Source: Candidatus Saccharimonadota bacterium (GTDB lineage: Bacteria; Pseudomonadota; Alphaproteobacteria; CAJXXZ01; 1604HC). Taken from it: 32,000 bases of DNA. Where the stretch lies: positions 390,001 through 422,000 of the forward strand of contig NZ_CP043315.1 of the NCBI RefSeq assembly GCF_008189285.1, read 5' to 3'. The translations under genes were made by a program, and so were the position numbers. The notes below the pieces were generated by a model. It did no database searches, was not told the DNA's origin, and saw only the letters and a list, made by a program, of their open reading frames with translations. Shown here piece by piece: positions 7,023-14,631 of the stretch; within the stretch, counting starts at the first letter, position 1; each line of letters begins with the position of its first letter.

Positions 7023-9014
7023 TTAACCTTCCTGTCCTGGTAGACTAGCTACCAATCTCAATGAAACTTCTAGTTCTTCCAACTGGAAATGAGGTTTCAA
7101 AAATATTACTGCCTTGTATGCGCCTGGATTTTCTTCATCAGCCACAACTTCAATATCAGCTTCTCTCAATGGATATTTTGCTTTTACATCTTGATCACCT
7201 TGATCTGATAAGAAAACGTAACGTGCAATCCAATTATTCAAATACAACTGAATGTCATCTTTGGATTCAAAAGATCCAATTTTATCTCTCATCAACATTT
7301 TAATGTAATGAGCAAATCTAGAAACATTCAACATATATGTTAATCTAGCAGATAGCGCAGCATTTGATGTTGCTGAAGGAAGATCATACTCCTTAGGCCT
7401 TTGCGTACTTTGCGCACTGAAGAACACAGCTTTATCCGTGCCTTTATTGTGGCATAGAGAAATAAATCCAAGATCACTTAATTCTTTTTCTCTTCTATCT
7501 GTAATCATAACTTCTGTAGGACATTTCAATGCAATATCACCATATGAAGTTTTGAATGTGTAAGCTGGTAGATCTTCAACCAATCCACCACCTTCAATAC
7601 CACGAATAGCAGCTGTCCAACCATATTTTGAATATGCAGTTGTGATTCTTAATGCCATTGCGAATGCGGGGTTTCCCCAACAGAATTTAGAGTTATCCAT
7701 TCCATCAACTGATTCATTGTAATCAAATTCTTTGACAGGAATAGTATTTTGACCATAAGGCAATCTAACCAAAACTCTTGGTAAAAACAAGTTTATGTAT
7801 CTAGAGTCTTCTGTGTCTCTAAAGCTATTCCATGCAGCCAATTCAGAGCTTTCGAAAATTTTCTTCAAATCTCTTGGGACATGTAGTTCGTTATAAGATT
7901 TAAGATCAAACATATCTGGCGCTGCTGCTGCCAACAAAGGACAATGTGCTGCTGCTGCAACTTGGCTCAATTTTCTTACAAATGCAACATCAATTGGCTT
8001 TCTTCCGATATAAAAATCAGCAACTAAAGAAGAATATGGAGATCCACCTAAGGTTCCAAACTCTTCTTCATAAATTCTCTTAAATAATGTGCTTTGGTCA
8101 AACTCTGAAGCATTATCCAAATCACTCTGAACTTCATCTCTTGTTGCAGCAAACAATCTAATTTTCAAATTTTCTCCTGTTTCAGAATTCATAACAACGT
8201 AATGAACCCCTCTCCAAGATGCTTCTAATTTTTGAAATTCTACATTATGCAAAATTTCATCCAATTGCAATGAAATCTTCTCATCAATTTTTGTGATTAC
8301 ATCCATTATGTAAGGGTATAAACTAGTTTCCCCAGTAATTTCAGATGCATTTTTGCACAAAGAAGCGATCATTTTTCTATATCTAATCATAGACTCAGAA
8401 TTCTTATCTGCATTCTTTTCATCAGCAGAACTATCTGTATATAATCCACTTTCTTTGATAATTTTATCCATCTCAGGGCATGATTTAGTTGAATCTTTTG
8501 ATTCTGAAACCAATTTAGCAAGCAATCCTTTGTCAGCAACTGCTTTAGATAAAATATCATGTAAAATATTATTTGAATCTAATTTAGCTGATAAATCAAT
8601 CAACATTTCATGATCTAACAATATTTCATTCAATTGAGGGATTCCCTTAACAATACTAATTGGATTAAAATCATCCATAGTTTCAAACATCAGCTCAAGA
8701 GCTAACATTTCACTAGAAGAGCCCTTCTTTTTATTAGATTTATCTTCTTTGACATCTAGAACATTATTAATAGAAATGTTCAGTTTAGGCTTAATTGATT
8801 GCATGACATGAGAAAAATTATCCCTGTCGATGTAAACAAATTTCCTTTCTTTAAAATTTACGCGATCCTCTTGATGACCATATAAATCAGAAATAACACC
8901 TAATACAAAAGGAAGCTCTTTAGATTGAACTGCTCCTCCTGTTTCGACGTCATAGGTTATACGGACTCTAGGAGGCCTAATTCTTAACAATAATTTTTGT
9001 ATGCTTTGCTCCAT
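7023..9014 (-). CDS. tssBC: type VI secretion contractile sheath, fused small and large subunits (TssB-TssC in one ORF)
   Basis: 663 aa without a stop. The N-terminus has the TssB/VipA motifs PPRVRITYDVETGGAVQSKELPFVLGVISDL and DDFNP. The remainder has TssC/VipB motifs: IDEKISLQLDEILHNVEFQKLEASWRG, EFDQSTLFKRIYEEEFGTLGGSPY, AAAAHCPLLAAAAP, FRDTEDSRYINLFLPRVLVRLPYG, GIEGGGLVEDLP, PTEVMITDRREKELSDLGF, SRFAHYIKMLMRDKIGSF, LKPHFQLEELEVSLRLV. A GAGAGG-type RBS lies upstream of the ATG at 9014. Confidence 0.9.
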   Translation of the reverse strand: MEQSIQKLLLRIRPPRVRITYDVETGGAVQSKELPFVLGVISDLYGHQEDRVNFKERKFVYIDRDNFSHVMQSIKPKLNISINNVLDVKEDKSNKKKGSSSEMLALELMFETMDDFNPISIVKGIPQLNEILLDHEMLIDLSAKLDSNNILHDILSKAVADKGLLAKLVSESKDSTKSCPEMDKIIKESGLYTDSSADEKNADKNSESMIRYRKMIASLCKNASEITGETSLYPYIMDVITKIDEKISLQLDEILHNVEFQKLEASWRGVHYVVMNSETGENLKIRLFAATRDEVQSDLDNASEFDQSTLFKRIYEEEFGTLGGSPYSSLVADFYIGRKPIDVAFVRKLSQVAAAAHCPLLAAAAPDMFDLKSYNELHVPRDLKKIFESSELAAWNSFRDTEDSRYINLFLPRVLVRLPYGQNTIPVKEFDYNESVDGMDNSKFCWGNPAFAMALRITTAYSKYGWTAAIRGIEGGGLVEDLPAYTFKTSYGDIALKCPTEVMITDRREKELSDLGFISLCHNKGTDKAVFFSAQSTQRPKEYDLPSATSNAALSARLTYMLNVSRFAHYIKMLMRDKIGSFESKDDIQLYLNNWIARYVFLSDQGDQDVKAKYPLREADIEVVADEENPGAYKAVIFLKPHFQLEELEVSLRLVASLPGQEG

Positions 9015-9224
9015 TTACAAACCTCTCTCTACTTATTAAAGAGCAATATATTTAAGTTTTCGTCAAAATATTGTATAAAAAATGATAATTTAAATAAATT
9101 TATGTATAATATGAATCAAATAGCAATCAAATTAATTGTGAATACATGTTAAAACAATATAACAATTTATAGAAATAGAGAGCATTTTCAAACATTTAGA
9201 AATTCTACTTAATTATTTTATATT

Positions 9225-9638
9225 TCATTTATTTCTTTTTGGCTTAAAAAAGTCATAAAGCATGTTTTTACATTTATCTTCACAAACTCCCCCAATAATC
9301 TCAGATTCATGAGATATAGATCCATTGTTATAAGCGCCAAATATAACTCTTTTCATTCTAACTAAATTAATTGCGTTAATGCACATCTTGCATGGCTCTA
9401 AAGTGCAAAACATAATGCAATCACACAAAAATTTCACATCTAATTTTTTTACTGCTTCATTAATTGCTAAAATTTCAGCATGCAAAAGAGGATTTTTCAA
9501 CTCTTCAACTTTATTGCAACTTGATGCCACAACTTTGCCTTCATGAATTATCACACAACCCACAGGAACTTCATCGTCATTATTTGCAGCATCAATAGCA
9601 AGGCTCATAAAATATTTATGATCAATAAAATTATTCAT
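9225..9638 (-). CDS. tadA: tRNA-specific adenosine deaminase TadA
   Basis: 137 aa with the CDA-fold zinc motifs HAEILAINEA and PCKMC. The size and N-terminus (FMSLAIDAA...EVPVGCVII) are typical of TadA. Confidence 0.85.
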   Translation of the reverse strand: MNNFIDHKYFMSLAIDAANNDDEVPVGCVIIHEGKVVASSCNKVEELKNPLLHAEILAINEAVKKLDVKFLCDCIMFCTLEPCKMCINAINLVRMKRVIFGAYNNGSISHESEIIGGVCEDKCKNMLYDFFKPKRNK

Positions 9639-9678
9639 TTATATAAATAATAAATACTATTTCCATGATATCAAAGAC

Positions 9679-10938
9679 CTAAAATGAACCTAAACGACAT
9701 GGCGCATCACAATAACATGAAGCCAGAACAAACTTTGTAAGGAAAAATACTTTATCATCAAATCCTTTTGAAATATTTCCTGCTTGATAAAAATTCATAG
9801 AGTTGCTAGCATTTTCTAACTTATGCGCACAACTTCCTCGAACAGGCTTCTTTGACCCATCTCTGTTAAACCATCCTCCATTTAAGCCATGACTTATCAA
9901 AACAAATGCAATAGTGTCGCATACTTTATACTGAGAACAAGATATATCGCTCATATTTTTACTAACAGAATATGTGATATCGCTATTATAATAATCGCTA
10001 ACTTTTTTTCTTGATGATGCGCTTCTCATGCGATCTCCAGCATATTTACTACTACCCCATATTTCGCCTTCTGAGTCATCATCATCATAAATGCTATGAA
10101 ATACATCCATATAATGTGTTTTCTTAGCTTCTTTCAAAATATCAGATCCATTTCTATCAAAAACATGTGGAGACTTTTCAAAAAAACAAGACATATCAGA
10201 TAATATTGCCAAATAATACCCTGTTCCATAATGATGCCTTGGAGGTGTATTAGCAAAATATTTTATTTTTCTTCTGAATACATTTATAACCATATTTTTT
10301 TCTTCTTTTCCATACAGTTTAGCCCCACAAATTCCGGTCATTTTTGCATAATTTCTATTTTTAAGACTTTCAAGATTATCTTTATCGTAATCATGACCTA
10401 TGTAATTTCTTGACATGCCAATATGTTCGTATTCTTCCCTTTCTCCCATCATTATATTAACTGCATATGTAAAATAATTTCCATTTCCATCTTTCGCATC
10501 TTTCTCATCTAGCCCAAGAGTCAAAAAAGGAACTATTCCAAAAGCTTTATTACTCAACTTTCCATCTGTAGATTCATAGAAAAAAGAGGAAAGAGCCTCA
10601 CTATTACTCAATTTAGAAGCTTGCTCTCCAAACTTACAATCGATCTCACCTGAACATGAATATCTTGATTTTATAATATGAGGAAAAGGCAAATACCCAT
10701 TAGACATAGCGAAATTTGCTATAGCTTTATTGATTCTTTCAACATTGATTTGAGTAATTTTATCTCTTTGCATTTGCATCATAGAAAAAGTTAGCCTCAT
10801 AAAAGAATGAGAGGCAATTCCCATAATTATAAGAGCGAAACTTATTTCTAACAAAGAAAATGCATGCATCTTTCCAATAGCAAGCAATTTTTTAACTTTA
10901 AGAAAAAGAAGTTTGAAAGAATCAATCAGAAATGCCAT
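9679..10938 (-). CDS. large Cys-rich protein with a prepilin-type N-terminal cleavage/methylation-like segment
   Basis: The N-terminus ...AIGKMHA|FSLLEISFALIIMGIASHSF has the class-III signal layout: small residue at -1, F at +1, E at +5, then a hydrophobic helix. This is followed by RINKAIANFAMSNGYLPFP, as in pilins and pseudopilins. About a dozen Cys lie in the 350-aa C-terminal part. An alternative start is the ATG at 10869 (MHAFSLLE). Confidence 0.5.
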   Translation of the reverse strand: MAFLIDSFKLLFLKVKKLLAIGKMHAFSLLEISFALIIMGIASHSFMRLTFSMMQMQRDKITQINVERINKAIANFAMSNGYLPFPHIIKSRYSCSGEIDCKFGEQASKLSNSEALSSFFYESTDGKLSNKAFGIVPFLTLGLDEKDAKDGNGNYFTYAVNIMMGEREEYEHIGMSRNYIGHDYDKDNLESLKNRNYAKMTGICGAKLYGKEEKNMVINVFRRKIKYFANTPPRHHYGTGYYLAILSDMSCFFEKSPHVFDRNGSDILKEAKKTHYMDVFHSIYDDDDSEGEIWGSSKYAGDRMRSASSRKKVSDYYNSDITYSVSKNMSDISCSQYKVCDTIAFVLISHGLNGGWFNRDGSKKPVRGSCAHKLENASNSMNFYQAGNISKGFDDKVFFLTKFVLASCYCDAPCRLGSF

Positions 10939-11265
10939 ATAAATATAATAAAATACTAATTTAATTTCATCAATCGAATTACGACAAAAAAAATTTCTAT
11001 TTTTAATTTCTATTATAATATTGGATTCGCAAAATATTTCAATTGAATTTATCGCTAAGTATTTTTTTTGCTAATTTATCATTTTTTATTAAATTTATCG
11101 CTAAATATTAAAATATTATTTTTCTTATCACTAAAATATTAGTTTATTTTGTTAAATTTTATTAAAATATTAAAAAAACATTAAATTATCTATTTTCATA
11201 TACGATTTTTTTTTGTATCATTATTCCGTACTATTATTTAGTGTTCTTTTTGAAAGGGGAAAAAA

Positions 11266-11952
11266 ATGAATAAAAAACTTTTATTTGCAACTTTAATTTC
11301 TTTGTCTAACCAAGCATTCGCAGGAAGCTTTGCTGGTTCATTCGGTTTGGGAGCAACAGCTCAAAAAACCACATTGGAAATTGAAAAAAATGGCAACGCA
11401 TCTGAGTTCGAAAAAGACGGAAACAAGGGATACTTCGCAGGAAAAGCTCTAGTTTCATTGGGAATGAAAAAAGGATCTTCATTCTTTGGAGTAAAACTTT
11501 CAGCTTCATTGATGAGTGACAAGAAAAACTTAGAAGTAAAAATTGATGGTAAAGATGTTGAGACTATGAATTCAAAATCTAACTTCGCTGTTCATGTTGG
11601 TCCAGAATTCGGATACCAAGTAAACGATAAGTTTTCTGTGCACTCTGCTATTTTGCTTGCTTACAAACACATTGAAATCAATCAAAATGCATTAACTATT
11701 GAAAACGTTAAAGTTAGTGCAGCAAAAGCTGAAAAAGAATGCCAATACGGATTCGGTGCAACTGTTGCAGCTTTCTACAGCATCACCAAAATGTTCCAAG
11801 TTGGACTTGAAGGTGGAGCTGATTACATGATGAAGAAAGAAAATTCTTTCAAAACAAAAGTAGATGACAAAGATAAAGAAGTAAAGTTCGATGTTAAGAG
11901 CAACTTTGCTCCTCATGCATCAGTAATTGCTAAAATTTCTTTTGGCAAATAA
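11266..11952 (+). CDS. outer-membrane beta-barrel / surface antigen family protein, paralogue 1
   Basis: It has a signal peptide MNKKLLFATLISLSNQAFA|GS, alternating hydrophobic beta-strand patterning, aromatic strand ends (GPEFGYQV, YGFGATVAAFY) and a C-terminal ...VIAKISFGK. An AAAGGGG RBS lies 7 nt upstream. It is a paralogue of 12606-13253. Confidence 0.6.
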   Translation: MNKKLLFATLISLSNQAFAGSFAGSFGLGATAQKTTLEIEKNGNASEFEKDGNKGYFAGKALVSLGMKKGSSFFGVKLSASLMSDKKNLEVKIDGKDVETMNSKSNFAVHVGPEFGYQVNDKFSVHSAILLAYKHIEINQNALTIENVKVSAAKAEKECQYGFGATVAAFYSITKMFQVGLEGGADYMMKKENSFKTKVDDKDKEVKFDVKSNFAPHASVIAKISFGK

Positions 11953-12127
11953 ATCGCAAAATTATCTTTTAGGTAACTTGCGCAACAAATACTACTACGA
12001 CTAGTGTTTGTTCATTATGAGCAAATTAGTATTTCTGCATTCGCAGATTTACTGTTCAATTATTTCTTTTTTTAGTTTATTAATATTCATACTTAATACA
12101 GCAAAGAAATTCTTACGCAAAAATTTC

Positions 12128-12332
12128 TATAATTTCTTTCTATAATTTCTTTCTATAATTTCTTTCTATAATTTCTTTCTATAATTTCTTTCTATAATTT
12201 CTTTCTATAATTTCTTTCTATAATTTCTTTCTGTTATTTCTTTCTGTTATTTCTTTCTGTTATTTCTTTCTGTTATTTCTTTCTGTTATTTCTTTCTGTT
12301 ATTTCTTTCTGTTATTTCTTTCTGTTATTTCT
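12128..12332. repeat. 13-bp tandem array in two homogeneous blocks: 8 x tataatttctttc, then 7 full plus 1 partial x tgttatttctttc
   Basis: Counted directly. Variant A fills 12128-12231 (8 x 13 = 104 bp). Variant B fills 12232-12322, with a partial copy to 12332. The variants differ at unit positions 2 and 4 (tAtAa to tGtTa). There are no spacers. Confidence 0.95.
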
Positions 12333-12605
12333 ATTGTAAATTTTATGCATGAAATAACGTGCAACATAAATCCAAGAATTAAACAGATCTCTAGAAAATC
12401 TCAAATACATAATCATAGTGTTAGATTTTCTTGAACAGTATGTCTAATAAAATACCATGCAATATAGTCTTTATTTACTCTTAATCTCTATTGTTTGTTT
12501 TGTTAAAATATTAAAAAAGCATTAAATTATCTATTTTCATATACGATTTTTTTTTGTATCATTACTCTGTACTATTATTTAGTGTTCTTTTTGAAAGGGG
12601 AAAAA

Positions 12606-13253
12606 ATGAATAAAAAACTTTTATTTGCAACTTTAATTTCTTTGTCTAACCAAGCATTCGCAGGAAGCTTTGCTGGTTCATTCGGTTTTGGAGCAACGGC
12701 TCAAAAAACCACATTGGAAGCTGGCATAAAAAACACTATATTTGCATTCAAAGAAGATGGAAACAAAGGGTATTTCGCAGGAAAAGCTCTAGTTTCATTG
12801 GGAATGAAAAAAGGATCTTCATTCTTTGGAGTAAAACTTTCAGCTTCATTGATGAGCGACAAGAAAAACCTCATTAATCATAATGCTAATGAAAAATTTA
12901 TTAATTCAAAATCTAATTTTGCTGCTCATGTTGGCCCAGAATTCGGATATCAAATAAACAATAAGTTTTCTGTGTGTTATGCTATTTTGCTTGCTTATAA
13001 AAACATGAAAATCAAGAATAAAGAAATAAAAATTAAGAAAGAGTACCAATGTGGATTCGGTGCAACTGTTGCAGCTTTCTACAACATCACTAAAATATTC
13101 CAAATTGGACTTGAGCATGGAGTTGATTTCATGATGAAGAAAGAAAATGCTTTTGACAATCAATCAGACAAGAAGGTTAAAGAAGAAGCCAGTGTTAAGA
13201 GCAATTTTACTCCCCATGCATCAGTAATTGCTAAAATCTCTTTTGGCAAATAA
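12606..13253 (+). CDS. outer-membrane beta-barrel / surface antigen family protein, paralogue 2
   Basis: It has the same signal peptide, RBS and 5' leader as paralogue 1. The ORF track starts at a GTG at 12582, but the ATG at 12606 aligns with the start of paralogue 1. Conserved blocks are GNKGYFAGKALVSLGMKKGSSFFGVKLSASLMSDKKNL and PHASVIAKISFGK; the middle region differs. Confidence 0.6.
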   Translation: MNKKLLFATLISLSNQAFAGSFAGSFGFGATAQKTTLEAGIKNTIFAFKEDGNKGYFAGKALVSLGMKKGSSFFGVKLSASLMSDKKNLINHNANEKFINSKSNFAAHVGPEFGYQINNKFSVCYAILLAYKNMKIKNKEIKIKKEYQCGFGATVAAFYNITKIFQIGLEHGVDFMMKKENAFDNQSDKKVKEEASVKSNFTPHASVIAKISFGK

Positions 13254-13312
13254 ATCGCATGCATCAAAATTATATGCATTTACTATAAAATATATATAAT
13301 TTAAAATTCATT

Positions 13313-14023
13313 ATGAACCCAATAGCATTTTCAATATTTTCTTTCGATATCACATGGTATGGAATTTCTTATTTTATATCTTTTGTTTCTATAAATCATT
13401 TTACAGTTAGGAAGTTATCAAGCAAATATCCAGAAAAACAAATAGAACAAATCATGTCATTTTCTTTCTTTGGAATGATAGTTGGAGGAAGGTTAGGCTA
13501 TGTGATATTGTATGATTTTCAAAATTTACTTAATTTTAAGGAAATAATTGCAGTTTGGAATGGTGGAATGGCAGCTTATGGAGGGTTTATTGGAGGAATT
13601 ACATTTTTATATATCAGGTCAAAAATTTTAAAAGTTAAAATAAATGATATTTTAAATGCAATTTCACTTTATATCCCTATCGCTCTTTTCTTTGGAAGGA
13701 TAGCAAATCACATAAACAATGAAATACCAGGCAGAGAATTATTTGGAATGTATCATCATGTTATTTTATACAGCATTTTTCTTGAAGGAATGTTTCTGTT
13801 TATATTGATTAATTTTAAGAATTATTTCTCAATATTGCAAAAAATATCAGAAAGTAATTTATTTTTTATTTCCTATGGATCAATAAGAATCTTCCTTGAT
13901 TTCTTTAGAGCAACAGAATCATCCATGTTTTATTATTTTACGTATGGACAATTATTTGGATCAATAATGATTGTTATAGGATTATTAAGATCGATTAAAT
14001 TATGCACTTATCGATTAAATTGA
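13313..14023 (+). CDS. lgt: prolipoprotein diacylglyceryl transferase Lgt
   Basis: ITWYGISYFISF, GGRLGYVILYD, WNGGMAAYGGFIGG and FGRIANHINNEIPG match the conserved Lgt blocks in a polytopic membrane profile. Confidence 0.85.
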   Translation: MNPIAFSIFSFDITWYGISYFISFVSINHFTVRKLSSKYPEKQIEQIMSFSFFGMIVGGRLGYVILYDFQNLLNFKEIIAVWNGGMAAYGGFIGGITFLYIRSKILKVKINDILNAISLYIPIALFFGRIANHINNEIPGRELFGMYHHVILYSIFLEGMFLFILINFKNYFSILQKISESNLFFISYGSIRIFLDFFRATESSMFYYFTYGQLFGSIMIVIGLLRSIKLCTYRLN

Positions 14024-14540
14024 CAATCAAAGCTCTTAATAAATCATATAACTTGAACATCAAATCTTTAGAATATAAAATCATAGAATGATCAGAAGTG
14101 AAAAATTGATAAGATCTAGAATTTTCAACATATTGGGTGAATTCTGGATAAAATTCATTTACTAAGCTTGTTGCAATAACAAAAAACAAAAATGCCTTCA
14201 CTGCTCCAAATGCAATTCCTAACATTCTATCTAAAATACTAACTCTGCTTTTTCTGATCCAAGAAGCTAGTTTGTGGCTAATCCCCAACAAAATATAACC
14301 AACTACAAAAAATAATAATAAAGGAGCTGCAAATAATAATGAGTAACGCGTAAATAAATTCTCGAATTTATTTTTATACGCACAAAATCTCACAGAATAA
14401 AACATTGGAATTGCAAAAGAAATTAATACAGAAATAGTTCTTAAAATCTCAGCGAAAAACCCTCTTGCAAAACCAGAAATTAAAAAATAAGATGAAATTA
14501 ACAAAACAATTAAGTCAGCAGATTTGCAACATTCAAACAT
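13995..14540 (-). CDS. cvpA: CvpA-family membrane protein (colicin V production protein-like)
   Basis: The N-terminus ADLIVLLISSYFLISGFARGFFAEILRTISVLISFAI matches the CvpA pattern (iDxxiLxxxxxSxxxGfxRGfxxE). Four hydrophobic segments are present. Its 3' end overlaps the 3' end of lgt by 29 bp (convergent). Confidence 0.7.
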   Translation of the reverse strand: MFECCKSADLIVLLISSYFLISGFARGFFAEILRTISVLISFAIPMFYSVRFCAYKNKFENLFTRYSLLFAAPLLLFFVVGYILLGISHKLASWIRKSRVSILDRMLGIAFGAVKAFLFFVIATSLVNEFYPEFTQYVENSRSYQFFTSDHSMILYSKDLMFKLYDLLRALIVNLIDKCII

Positions 14541-14631
14541 TATACACCATTAAACTAATCATACTTAATAGAGCTTAACATTAAGTGTAATTTTTATATA
14601 TATTTTAAATACATATATTTAATTTATAAAA

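Noticed and set aside
11984-12012. A 10-bp stem hairpin (aacaaatact / agtgtttgtt, one G-U pair, 9-nt loop) lies 30 nt after OMP paralogue 1. I considered it as a rho-independent terminator.
   Set aside because: No T-run follows it (cattatgagc). It is plausible as an RNA structure but not supportable as a terminator from sequence alone.
12128-12332. I considered whether the 13-bp array, and likewise the 51-bp array at 3403-3555 and the 112-bp array at 17283-17691, could be CRISPR arrays.
   Set aside because: The units abut directly with no unique spacers. Unit lengths and AT content are atypical for CRISPR repeats, and no cas genes are visible. They are plain tandem repeats.
12582-12605. The GTG start at 12582 given by the ORF track for OMP paralogue 2 adds MFFLKGEK.
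   Set aside because: The identical upstream sequence in paralogue 1 is non-coding. The AAAGGGG RBS falls inside this extension, and the ATG at 12606 aligns with the start of paralogue 1.
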